The position numbers were made by a program, and so were the translations under genes. A stretch of 64,000 bases of DNA from the human T2T-CHM13v2.0 reference genome, Homo sapiens: assembly GCF_009914755.1 (NCBI RefSeq), contig NC_060935.1; one strand, written 5' to 3'. The notes beneath the pieces were generated by a model. That model did no database searches. It saw only the letters and a program-made list of their open reading frames with translations, and was not told the origin of the DNA. This document shows, piece by piece, positions 29,367 to 42,034 of this stretch. How positions within the stretch are numbered: the stretch's first letter is position 1; each line of letters opens with the position of its first letter.

Positions 29367-29384
29367 TTGTTTTTGTCTCTTCAG

Positions 29385-29524
29385 ATGCTTGGGGAATATA
29401 ACCACTCAGTGCTCTGTTATGACCACGCTTTGCAGGCCAGACCTGGGTTTGAGCAAGCTATAAAGAGGAAGCATGCTGTCCTATGTCAGCAAAAACTGGA
29501 GCAGAAATTGGAGGCTCAGCATAG
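29385..29524 (+). CDS. TTC17: TTC17 exon 8 (140 nt, phase 0-2): MLGEYNHSVLCYDHALQARP...KLEAQH(R)
   Basis: tgtctcttcag|ATGCTT acceptor, TAG|gtaatt donor; TPR motif. Confidence 0.95.
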
Positions 29525-30794
29525 GTAATTGAGAGGAAAAATTTCACTCAAGCATTAGCACTATCGAACCTTAGGTTAAATCTGTGTAGGGGATATCAGT
29601 GTTAATTTGGTAACTGGAATTAAGAAAGAAACCTCTTCACTACTGCAAGTCCTATCCTTTTTCTGTAAGTCCTGGTGGTTTAGCACAATTCAGTGGTTGT
29701 GTAGAGGAATATCTTTAATTGTATGGATTCCTGCAACTAGAGAATATTTGTAGTAAAAGCTGTCACTTAAATGTTTACAATTTTGACCATTGATTACTTT
29801 TATGAAGTCAGTTGGGGTGGGGAGACTGGGATACTTAGTTGACTACTTACTTTGTTGACTGCATTTTTATTTGCATAGAATATACTAAGTTTCAGTAAAA
29901 TCACTTACATGTGCAATAGTTGATATTTCTCCTCTTGGAGAGAGGTGGTGGCTCCTAGGGTTGAGTTATTGTTAAGGTAGTTAAATGGCATTGAGAGACA
30001 TTATTTGGCCCACGTTTTAATCATGATTGTGTGTTAGGTTGTACAGTAATGGAATTCTATTGTATTTGATCCTTGAGGTATAATAAGTTAAAAAACATTT
30101 CCTTCAATCAGTAGGGCTAGTTAAGAAACTTCATGTTAACTCAGAAGTGAATTTTTCATATCTCAGAATTAGCTGTAATATTTGAGTTTACTTTGGTTAG
30201 TAGAGAATTAAACAGAGATTTAGAACTCATTAAACTTTTGTATTTGCTTCTTTTCCAATCTTTTTAAGGCATAATGTGGTAGGAAGTAAAAAGGATGCCA
30301 GCTTGCTTATTCATAACTGGTTTCTGTTATACCTGGCTGAGCTTTTTCCAGTATCATGCTCTTAATAATTGAGCTGGCTCTATCTTTACACAATCTGTAT
30401 AGTTCCTAAAATCTCTGTATGTTACAGTGTGTAATAGGCAGTATGGGTTTTCTGATTAAATGTAATCAGGCAGCTGATTTACTGAAATCAGGTGGTGAAG
30501 CATATTCCTTTCGAAGCATAGTTTCTGTAGTTTTTCCTGGCCTGTAACCAATAAGCTAGAGTATGAAAGCAAAGTACTGTGGCCCCTAACTCTTAACTTT
30601 GTCTTTAAGCAGAATCTAGGGAAAAAGTGAAAAGGAGGAAAGGATTCTAGAAAGACTTTGAATGTTGATGGAACTAATGCAAATTTTGTAGAGAGAAATA
30701 GAGTTGTTAAATACATAAACTTGTATATCGTCATGTATTTTTTTATGGCACCTGAAAAATGCAATATACCATTTGATGTCATGATAGTTGTATT

Positions 30795-31100
30795 GCCAGG
30801 TGTCATGGCTGATGCCTGTAATCCCAGTTATTCTGGAGACTGAGGCAGGGTGGAGGGGAGGAATCACTTGATGCCAGGAGTTCAAATCTAGCCTGGGCAA
30901 CACAGCAAGACCCAGTTTCTAAAACTAAATTAGCCAGGCATGGTGGCGTGTGCCTGTAGTCCCAGATACTCCCCAGGAGACTGAGGCAAGAGGACCCCTT
31001 GAGCCCAGGAGTTGAGCCCAAGAGTACAAGGCTGCAGTGAGCTACAATCAGGCCTCTCCATCCAGCCTTGACAACAGAGCAAGACCCCATTTTTTAAAAA
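30795..31100 (+). mobile_element. Alu (AluJ-like)
   Basis: Sense dimer, TSD agttgtatt. Confidence 0.88.
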
Positions 31101-31298
31101 AGTTGTATTTAAAGGAAGAATTTCACATTTATCTTTTTGCCCTAGTATTCTTGAACTGGTGATACAGGGTTGTATGTTAAATAAAAGGAAAACACACAGT
31201 AATTGTTGCTGAGAACCAGAAAAATCTGTGCATTTAAGTGGGTTTAAAATTTATGATTTTATAGCTCTAACTTTTTCCTGGTATTAAAAAATGTTAAG

Positions 31299-31459
31299 AT
31301 CTCTCCAGCGAACACTGAATGAGTTAAAAGAGTATCAAAAGCAGCATGACCACTACCTGAGACAGCAGGAAATCCTAGAAAAACATAAACTGATTCAGGA
31401 GGAGCAAATCTTAAGAAATATCATTCATGAGACTCAGATGGCAAAAGAGGCACAATTAG
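31299..31459 (+). CDS. TTC17: TTC17 exon 9 (161 nt, phase 2-1): SLQRTLNELKEYQKQHDHYL...AKEAQL(G), coiled-coil-like
   Basis: Of the two nearby AGs, only atgttaag|ATCTCT keeps the frame; TAG|gtaagt donor. Confidence 0.9.
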
Positions 31460-31756
31460 GTAAGTAGTGACTCCAAGTAATTGAAGACAGGTTAGGAAAT
31501 TCACTTTTAGCATGCTTTACTATCATAACTTTCTTGTAGCCTTAAAGCAGTGTGAAGTTGTGTTTATGACTTCCCTACATCTCGAAAGCATGATTCATCA
31601 CTGTGGGTATACCAGGAGGCCTGGGGAGCTGGTTTGGTCTACCTTGCTTTTTTCAAATTTACATTTTGAAATAAAAAACAAGTCTTGTAGATCCTAGAAG
31701 TCTTAACAGTTATTTGCATTCTGTGTTCAACATCAGTTTTTTTTCCTACCCTAATA

Positions 31757-31905
31757 TGCATATCAGTCTCCTGGAGATCTTGTTGAAATGCAGATTATGA
31801 TTCAGTAGGTCTGAATTGAGGCCTGAGAGTCTGCCTTCCTAATAAGCTCCCAGGTGATGCTTGTTGCCGCAGGTCTAAAAACTCTGCACTATGGGTAACA
31901 AGGCC
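31757..31905. mobile_element. MER5A-like hAT element
   Basis: cttgttgaaatgcagattatgattcagtaggtctg...aataagctcccaggtgatgc. Confidence 0.7.
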
Positions 31906-32856
31906 TTACACTAAGTGAATACAAGCCAGACCCACCCTACAAACAACCCATCCATACTCCTTTTTTTCTTGCTCTCTTAAAAACAGTGTTTTAGAAGTAA
32001 AATTTTAGACTGGAATTCTTAACCTGGGTCAATGGATTAGTTTCAGGGGGTTCTGAAATCCTCTCCAAAATTATATGTAGAATTGTGTATGTGTCCAATT
32101 TTATTTTTCTGGGAAGAGGGTATCTAGCTTTTATTAAAATCTCTCAAGCATCTGTGATCCATAAAAATAGAACCACTGGTTTATAGGAACTTGGGTTGGC
32201 ATGAGAACAATGATTTGGTTATATCTAGAATGTTTTGTTTCTAATGACAAGGGAGCAGATCTGACAACTCAATAACAGAGAATAAATTAATAGAATCTCT
32301 TAATTATACCCTTCTCCCTTGATAAGTATGTTGGTCAAGAAAGCCTCTTAACCTTTGGCACTTAGCTGTGACCATTTATAGTTTATTTTACAATTCCCTT
32401 AACAAGTTTTCTTTGCTATTATGAGTGTAAAGAGTATGCTCAGTCTTTGGAATTACTTACTGCCCAGTATATTGAAATGTAACCAGAGCTCTTATATATG
32501 CATTTGAAACAAAATTATGAAGTATGTAAAGCAAATTCTCTCCAGAAAGATGGCCAAAGTCTCTTAAAACGATGTAATCACTAGATTTTACAATCACAGA
32601 CTATAATTGCTGAAAGATACCTCAGTAATCATCTAGTGGAGTCCCTTTGTTTTTGTAGGTGGAAAAACTGGGACTTCTTAGAATGATTTATTTGATTAAC
32701 CATTAATGAATATTTCTCTATATAAGTACGTCCTACGTAAGTAGCCTGCTAGGCTCTGAGGGATACAGGGTTGATACTAAATGACTTAGTCTAAGAAAAT
32801 CACATTGGCATTGTTGACCTTGCTCATCATTTGTGTAATTTCCTTTCTTATTCCAG

Positions 32857-32969
32857 GAAATCATCAGATATGCCGACTGGTCAACCAGCAGCATAGTTTA
32901 CATTGCCAGTGGGACCAGCCTGTACGCTATCATCGTGGAGATATCTTTGAAAATGTGGACTATGTTCAG
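32857..32969 (+). CDS. TTC17: TTC17 exon 10 (113 nt, phase 1-0): NHQICRLVNQQHSLHCQWDQPVRYHRGDIFENVDYVQ
   Basis: tttcttattccag|GAAATC acceptor, weak CAG|gtcttt donor; lies within ORF 32805..33071. Confidence 0.92.
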
Positions 32970-33107
32970 GTCTTTTTCTTGGTCCAGTCTAATTCTTATA
33001 AACGTTTGCTTTATAAAGATTTTTTAAAACTTTTGTTTTTCCTCTTGATTCTTTGTATATTTGATCCCTAAAATTTGTGATTGTCATTTAGATCTTTAAG
33101 ATTTTGA

Positions 33108-33483
<376 letters not shown>

Positions 33484-33989
33484 TCAGATTTTATAGGGAG
33501 TACTCAATAACTCCATGGATGCTTTCTATTTCTTAAAGTACCATCTAAATATTTATATGCACATGCATTTGATTCTTTTCTCTTTTACCATGGGAGCTAG
33601 AATTGGGCTATTATTATTATTGAACTCAAAGCTTTCATCTCCCCACTTTCCCTTTTAGAGTAAGACCTATTTAAAATTTGAGAGCAACCATGCTATTTGT
33701 TTCCTGAAGTAATCAGTCCAATTATATTGCCTCAACCAATACCACCAACAAAATGCTCATTATCAACAGAAAATCTTTATTAAGCCCACTGCTAGGTGTG
33801 TACTTTCTCTCACTTTCTGTCGCTGTATATACACACATGTATACACACACACATACACATATACAATCCTAATCTATCTAGTTGGGAAGAACTAACACAT
33901 GTAATGATACCAGATAGTATATAATAGATGTTGAATAAGTGGTACAGACAGCAAGTACAGCCAGAATTCTGAGTATAAAAAAAAAAGAT

Positions 33990-34177
33990 TCAAACTCTGA
34001 AACTTTTTGAGCACTGACGTGATGCTCAAAAGAAATGATCATTGGAGCATTTTGGATTTCACATTTTTTGATTGGGATGCTTAACAGGTAAGTGTAATAA
34101 AATATTGCAAAATCCAAAAAAATCTCAAATCTGAAATACTCCTGATTAAGCATTTCAGAAAACTTATACTCAACCTG
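33990..34177. mobile_element. Tigger4/MER46-family fragment
   Basis: Homologous to 43964-44197; ends tactcaacctg-TA. Confidence 0.75.
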
Positions 34178-35400
34178 TATTAGAAATAAAACATTTATTC
34201 TATCTTAGAGAAAACTCATCATGTCTAATCGTAGATACAGAAATTTCCAGCAATAACTACTTAAGATAACTAAGAGATTAGGAGAGCATCTATAGGAGGA
34301 CAAACCACAAAAACTTAGAACTCTTTAATCTGGAAAAATCCAGACTGCATTGGGAAAAAATAAGAGACAAAAATTAAGAAGCCATTTTAAAGGGGAAATA
34401 GTGATAGGGACCAAAAGCTTCCTATGAGTATTGTAAACCAGCTCCCAGCAATATCTCATGTTTGGTTTCCAAGGGAAAAAATAAAGAAGACCAGATTCAC
34501 ACCCTCTGGGATTATAGCTCTTTATCTTAAAACCAAGCATTTTAAAGGGAAGAAGGGGGATGTTTAGAAATGAAATAGATTGAAACCCAATACACCTTTT
34601 GGACTTTTTGATGGTCTCAAGACCGATCATTTGAAGGAGTGTAGCTTCCAATAGTCTATATTCATAAAATTGTATCACCACTATATAGTGAAAGAATCCA
34701 TTCCTGTTCACAAAGACCTAGAGCTACAAATTCGTCATATTCATTCCTTTTCCTTTTGTCTTTCCTACCCCATCCCATCCCCAGTCCCATTCTCATTATC
34801 TAGCAAGGTTTCAGAAATACACAAGCATCTTTGTAAGTATATCCAACATTGTTCCACCTTGCTTTGAAGGAAGGCTGTATATGTTTGTGTTCTCTCATCT
34901 AGGTTACCCTTTCACCCTCAAAACTTTTCTTTGTAATTGATTGCACAACAGTCTGTAATCCTTAAGTGATAGTTATAGAACCCTTAAGAATACTTTCTTA
35001 AGTTCCCTCGCCTCTACCCACACACGGCACACCAATTTTAGAGTGGTGAGCATTTTAGTGTAGGAAGAAAAGGGGAATAATGAACCAGATTTCTCAATTA
35101 GCTAATTATTAACCTAAAGAGACTAAATCATAAAAATGAAGCAAAGGGACAGGAAAACAACCTATGCCATTTTTCTCATACTCCAATGGCAAAGTTATTG
35201 AAAGTTGTTAACTATGTATTATCCATGAAAGAATATCGTTGGGGCATAGTTCTTAAAAGATCCAATTGCTTTATTACTGAGCTACTTTCTGATTTTCTAC
35301 TAATTTTGAATATTCACTCGCTTTTTTGGTGTGAGTTAAATTATAATCACAACTCCTTTTCCACTTTCAATTTGATTGAACTTTTTGTTTCATTTTCTAG

Positions 35401-35547
35401 TTTGGTGAGGATTCATCAACCTCCAGTATGATGTCTGTGAACTTTGATGTTCAATCAAATCAGAGTGATATCAATGATTCGGTCAAGTCTTCTCCCGTAG
35501 CCCATTCTATTCTCTGGATTTGGGGCAGGGACTCTGATGCATATAGG
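35401..35547 (+). CDS. TTC17: TTC17 exon 11 (147 nt, phase 0-0): FGEDSSTSSMMSVNFD...WGRDSDAYR
   Basis: cattttctag|TTTGGT acceptor, AGG|gtaagt donor. Confidence 0.95.
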
Positions 35548-36329
35548 GTAAGTTAATAGAGGATGACGAAGCAGTTTTCTCAAACTGGCAAGATCCATTA
35601 AAGCAGTGGCCCTCAACCTCACTGATTAATATGGCCTCTATGACTGTTCAGATTAGTTCAGCAAACGTGTAGTACATTTCTATTAAATGGAAGCTATTCT
35701 GCTAGGTGGTGAATGAGTAAGATGCAATTTCTGCCTTGAGTTTTTCCCAGTCAAGTAGAGCAGATAGACACCCTGATTTCAGTTCAAAGCTTTATCCTCT
35801 GAGTATTATTACCAACCTTAACAAGTTTCTAAACTTGACCCAAGCGTATGTTTTTATATACTTCACTTAATCGGCATTCTTTTATTGAACTCCCACCTGT
35901 GTGCCAGGCTAATGCTGGCAGTATAATAGATAAGCCCCCTTGCTCTTCTGGAGCCTACATTCTGGTAGATGATACAGACAATAAACAAGTTAGTACATGT
36001 GCCTGTCTAGACTAGCTAAGAAAGAATTGTAGGTTAGCTGAGGCGGATACCAAGGTATGAGGACAGAGACTGTGTGCTTTTTATTCACCATTAAATTTTC
36101 AGAATTTAATCAAGGGTTTAACAGAATTAAACAGCCACTTAGATTTAATTATATTTAATATAAATCCCTCAAAGTTTGATAGCTTGAAGATTAGTAAGCC
36201 TCTGGTACATCTTATTTATTTTTAGAGAAAATTAACATTTTACAAATCATAAAACAATTGTTAAACTTTGGCATTGGCAAAGAAAAGACCTTAGTTCAGG
36301 GAAAAGTAGTGTTCAATGCCAGGTTTTAT

Positions 36330-36790
36330 AGGCTTATGTATGCTTTCAGGTACAAGTCATAAGCTCCACCTCAAATTAAATACAAAGAAAATGTGCCTGT
36401 TACTACAGGAAGTCCAGAAATAGGATAAACTTCAGGTTTGGTTGATTCAGTGGCCCAGTGATGTCATCAGTGACCCATTTCTTCTTTTTCTTTTTTTTTT
36501 TTTTTTTCTTCACTCTGCCATCCACAGTATTGGTTTCATCCAAAAGCTTGGTTTTTTTCATGGTCATGACAGCCAGCAGCAACTGGAACAACATGATTTT
36601 TTGTTCATATGTAACGTAAGAGCCTAAGACTTGCTTCTCTTTCCGAAAAGCCCCAAGCAAGCCTCTTCTTGTGTCTCACTGGCTCAACTGGCTTATACCC
36701 GCCCAACCCTGAACCAGTCTGTGGTAAAGCAGGTAGAATTACTGACTTAGATTAATAATCTGCAGTAGCAGGAATATTATAGAGTCTACC
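36330..36790. mobile_element. Ancient MaLR/ERVL-type LTR fragment
   Basis: cttcaggtttggttgattcagtggc...tctcactggctcaactgg...ccctgaaccagtc pattern; family uncertain. Confidence 0.45.
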
Positions 36791-36909
36791 ATAATCTTAA
36801 GATATTATAGTTTTGTTCAATTATTGTAGTATATCATTTTAAAAGTTTATTTAGCATATTGAAATATTGAATCCAAAGAAATTTATGAGAAATTTTGTTT
36901 CTTTATCAG

Positions 36910-37025
36910 GACAAACAGCATATTCTATGGCCTAAAAGAGCAGATTGTACAGAAAGCTACCCTAGAGTCCCTGTTGGTGGGGAATTGCCAACGTATTTTC
37001 TGCCTCCGGAAAACAAAGGACTCAG
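36910..37025 (+). CDS. TTC17: TTC17 exon 12 (116 nt, phase 0-2): DKQHILWPKRADC...TYFLPPENKGL(R)
   Basis: ctttatcag|GACAAA acceptor; donor CAG|gcaagt (GC donor) gives the correct phase into exon 13. Confidence 0.92.
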
Positions 37026-37181
37026 GCAAGTGGTGATGGATTTGGCAAAGCACCTGATTCTGCATGATTGTCATCTAGCGGTTCTTTGAGAGCACCAGCC
37101 TTGGACTTGAAAAGTTAAGTCTTTATCTTGAAGTCACCCAAACTTTGAAAATATGAATCTTGTTCCTTTTTCTTGTGCCAG
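37026..37181 (+). other. GC-AG intron (intron 12, 156 nt)
   Basis: CAG|GCAAGT...GCCAG; otherwise perfect U2 donor consensus, required for frame continuity. Confidence 0.88.
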
Positions 37182-37347
37182 GATCCACGAACTCAGCAGT
37201 GATGATTATTCTACAGAAGAAGAGGCCCAAACCCCTGACTGTTCCATAACTGACTTCAGAAAAAGCCACACTCTGTCCTACTTAGTCAAAGAATTAGAGG
37301 TTCGCATGGATCTGAAAGCCAAAATGCCAGATGACCATGCACGAAAA
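37182..37347 (+). CDS. TTC17: TTC17 exon 13 (166 nt, phase 2-0): IHELSSDDYSTEEEAQTPDC...MPDDHARK
   Basis: ttcttgtgccag|GATCCA acceptor, AAA|gtaagg donor; lies within ORF 37153..37362. Confidence 0.95.
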
Positions 37348-38533
37348 GTAAGGCTCACTTAGGCTGGTATTTATTGCCGTCCATTCTGGGTGACTTCAGA
37401 AGCCTCTTAAATGGAACAAAAAATTGATAGAAGGTAGCTGTTGAGCTTTAAGTGTATAAAATGGAAGGATAGAGTTAAAGAATTGGTGAAATGATGGCGA
37501 AGTCAGTCATGCTATTAAAGGAGTGCCAGAGAGTTCCTCGGGGCTGCTATACGTAGATCACCTAAACACTATTCCTCTAACGCAGAGCACTTCAAAGATG
37601 AGTAGCACAGAACTCTCTGTTATCTAATGGAGTTGGTGTAATGCAGGCCATTGCAACCACTAAAAGTTAGCTTTGCATCCTCCAGGCCTCCAGAAGTGTA
37701 TATAAATTGAAAGCTTGAAGAATCTCTCTCTGGCCTTATCAACCCTGCTGTGACCTTATATGAGGTCCATAGGAATTTATATTAATTTGATAATGACTCT
37801 GCAAACATTAGAAGTTCAATTATGCTCTTTTCCTAAATTCCTATTAATTATATATAACTACGAGTGTTTTATTACTGTATATTACCATATTAGATATCAT
37901 TCCATAGATAAAAATGAAAAAAAAAATTACCTTTTTAGCAATCACAGACCATCACAACCACCTTTTTTTTTTTAAGTTAATTTCAAAACTATAGGCACTT
38001 ACTGTTACTTATATTCAATAGACATTTCCTTAGGCAAAAAACATTATGTGCCAGACATTGTTTTGGATGCTAGGAATACAAAAAGATAAACAGACCATGA
38101 TCTGTGCCTTAGAGTTGTTTACCGTTATATAAATGCTGCAGGAACATGAAGTAGAATAATTGAGTATCTGGTATTTTCCAGGAAGGAAAGACAGTAGATT
38201 TTTATTACATCAGATATTGCATGCTGTTGTCTTTTGAATAATTTCTTCTTGGGTTCTGAACACTTAGGCTGACTTTAATGGGGTATGGTAGGTTACTTTA
38301 ATGTGTGGGGGTATATATGTCTTTTTAACTTTTTAGTTAAACTATTACATACATGTGAGCAGGTCAACACCTGTTGGTATGTGAATGAATTTATGTCATA
38401 TATATGATCATAAATATTTGTTCAAATTAGCTGTTCCTGAGGAGCTTAAGAAAAGACTGCCATCTATAGAAATTCTTTTCAAATGTCTTCCCTGTTATTT
38501 TCAATTGAGTCAGTCTTCCTTTTGATGTTTCAG

Positions 38534-38611
38534 ATTTTGCTTTCCCGTATTAATAACTATACTATCCCAGAAGAAGAAATTGGGTCTTTCTTATTTCATG
38601 CTATTAATAAG
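38534..38611 (+). CDS. TTC17: TTC17 exon 14 (78 nt, phase 0-0): ILLSRINNYTIPEEEIGSFLFHAINK
   Basis: gatgtttcag|ATTTTG acceptor, AAG|gtgagt donor. Confidence 0.95.
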
Positions 38612-38748
38612 GTGAGTCATTTACTTTAGACATCTAAAACTTAAATGCTTCTTAATTATAAGTAAAAGTTAAAATGCACTTATTAAAAATCTTATTTAGA
38701 ACAAGTACTGTATTCTTGTACTAACTGAAGTATTTTTGGATTTTTCAG

Positions 38749-38973
38749 CCAAATGCTCCTATCTGGCTCATACTCAATGAAGCTGGACTATACTGGAGAG
38801 CAGTAGGAAATAGCACTTTTGCTATTGCCTGTCTTCAGAGGGCTTTGAATTTAGCTCCACTTCAATACCAAGATGTTCCTCTTGTCAACTTGGCCAACCT
38901 TTTGATTCATTACGGCCTTCATCTTGATGCCACTAAGCTGCTACTTCAAGCTTTGGCCATCAATAGCTCTGAG
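38749..38973 (+). CDS. TTC17: TTC17 exon 15 (225 nt, phase 0-0): PNAPIWLILNEAGLYWRAVG...LLLQALAINSSE
   Basis: TACTAAC branch point at 38719-38725, tttttcag|CCAAAT acceptor, GAG|gtgagg donor; TPR-like repeats. Confidence 0.95.
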
Positions 38974-40105
38974 GTGAGGTTTTAAGGGATTTCATAGTTC
39001 CGTATACTATGTAGGGTAACTCAAATTTAGATTACAATTTGTATTTTTCTAGGGAAAGCATAAAAAATGTCATGTTTTGTCTTTCACAGTAGCGTTTGCA
39101 TTATTTCAAGAGAGTGTGAAAAAGCTTTTGTTGTATTTTGATGTGTTCTTTAAATTTTGAGTGAAATTTATAATTACACAGTTAAGTTTTTTTTTTTTTG
39201 GAAACTTACATTTAAATAAGAATAACATAAGCTGTAAAAATATACTGCCGCTTTTTTATGTCTGTCTGAAACATCTGGTTTGTATTTTATCCTACTCATC
39301 ACAGCATGCACACTGCTTAATATTACACTGTTTTACAACTTTAATTTATAGAAATATTTATACCCTTCAAGCCAGAGGACAGTTCAAAGGTGGTTTTGAT
39401 AAGAATAAATAGATACATTGATTTTCATGCCCCAAACCTCTCACATGCAGCTTATGGAGTTACATCAGTGCTTTGTAGTTCATGGTTTTGAAGATACAAC
39501 TTTGGTTTTTCATATTTTAACATCTCTGATATCAGGATGGATGTTATAATTGCTGTCATTTTAGGTTTCATGAAATTCAGTTATAATAAATATACAATTA
39601 AATTGATTTTATACCTAATGTCTAAATGTTTATAGGTTTTGTATTCAAAGAAACCTTCAGAAGGGATGTGCATGAATGGTTGAGGTTTATTTATGGTGTC
39701 TGAAAACTGATTTTTTAAGGATGAGAAGAAAATATTGCCTGTTTTCTTTTGAAATACAGAAATTCACAACTGGATTTTAAGCAGAAGTTTACAATCTCAA
39801 TATTATGTAACAGGTCACATTGCCAGAGAAGTACATCAAATATTTATCTAGTGCTTACTGTGTACCAGGTGCTGGTACAGTGGGAACAGATGTGATAAAG
39901 TGGGCAATGGAAAGCGCAATGCAGCCGTATTCCCTTGAAACTTTTCATGATTCCCTTTTTACTGTTTTCAGCCAAGGGACTTAGGTAGTATTCTTCTGAA
40001 GAAAAAAGACCTCCTTTAGTGATCAGTTACCTTTTGATATTTTAAAATCATACTAAAATTTTAGTTGTTAAATACCATGGTGCTACAATAAGAATAAAAA
40101 GATAA

Positions 40106-40438
<333 letters not shown>

Positions 40439-40904
40439 CCAAAAATGTTCCTTAATCAGCACCCTCTTCCCAACTTTTGGAAATTTTTCCTTATAAGCAT
40501 GTCTTCTATACAAATATTTCATAATGTTTCAACTCTACTGTACAGGTGATCTCTAAAAAACTTATTCCTACCTAATTTTAAAGCCCTCAATTTAAATGGT
40601 TGTATAAAGGACCAATGAATTGATATGCCACAACCTATTTTTCTGTTGCTGCATATTTAGGTTGCTAACAGTACTTAGCTATTATCAATGATGGTTTTCT
40701 GCAAAGGCCTTAAAGATTGTTAGCAGTGGAATTACTAAGTCAATAAGAGAATGAATATTTTGATGGCTCTGGCACAAAATACCAAACAACCCACTAAAAT
40801 GGTTGGGCCAGTATATATTGCCATGAATAAGGTCTAAAAATATTAATTCCACCTGTGTCTTTATTAGAATTGAACAACTGAAATAACTGCCAATTTTTTT
40901 GATT

Positions 40905-41130
40905 GTTTACTAGAGCCAGGCACAATACTAAGCATCTTACATGTAGTAACTAATTTAATCCTCATAACAACCCTGTGAGATGGAATTTCCCCTTTGATAG
41001 ATGAGGAAACTCTTAAGAGTTAAATGTACAGAGTAAGGGATTTATGGGAAGTCACAGAGCTTGGTGCTTGGTTTTGAACTCAGGGAGATTGGCCACAGGG
41101 CAAATACTCTAGTCGTGTTATACTACCTCT
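40905..41130 (-). mobile_element. MIR SINE
   Basis: gccagggcacaatactaagc...atttaatcctcataacaaccctgtgag...agatgaggaaact. Confidence 0.8.
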
Positions 41131-41204
41131 GAATTAACATTTATAAAACAAGTTTCGCTTGCTTAAAAATACCACCTCTCCGTTGTAACGTAAAGTTTTA
41201 TCTT

Positions 41205-41548
41205 GTGGTTGTTTTTGTTTTTCTTTTTTCCTTTTTTCTTTTCTTTTTTTTTTTTGAGACAAAATCTTGCTCTGTCACCCAGGCTGTAGTGCAGTGACAT
41301 GATCTCAGCTCACTGCAAGCTTCGCCACCCAGGTTCAAGCTCTTCTCGTGCCTCAGACTCTGGAGTAGTTGGGATTTCAGGTGCATACCACCATGCCCGG
41401 CTAATTTTTGTACTTTTAGTAGAAACAGGGTTGTATTTTAATAGAAACATGTTGGCCAGGCTGGTCTCAAACTCCTGACCTCAAGTGATCCGCCCGCCTT
41501 GACCTCCCAAAGTGCTGGGATTACAGGTGTGAGCCCTTATGCCCAACC
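41205..41548 (-). mobile_element. Alu (AluS-like)
   Basis: Antisense dimer. Confidence 0.9.
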
Positions 41549-42034
41549 TTGTAATTGTATTTTTAAAGTAAAAGTTTGTATACACATTTTGTTCATTTTA
41601 GAATTTTGTTTTTTAGATTTTGTGCAAACCCTTTGTATGATAAACTCTTTAACTCCATCTCTCATGTGTTAAAAATATTTTCTCTCTTTGCCTTTTTATC
41701 TTAGCATTTAAAAATTGCCCTTAAGTTTGCCAGTCTTTTCAATGTTGATTTCTATTGTTAGATTTCAAGTGTTCTCAATAAACTGTTTGTTTTTGTTTTC
41801 TATGGCTTAATCTTTGAATAGTTGGCTCTCAAATATATAAAGATCTTTTCCTGTGACGTCTCCTGGATATTTTATAGTTTTAGGCTTTACAGTTAGGTCT
41901 ATGATTCATTTCAAGTTAAATTTTCTTTGTAGTGTGAGGTAGGGATCAAAGTTCATATTTACACGGATATCCAGTTCTTCAGCTTCATATCTTGAGAAGA
42001 CTGCCCTTTTCCTGTTGAATTACCCGTCACCTTT

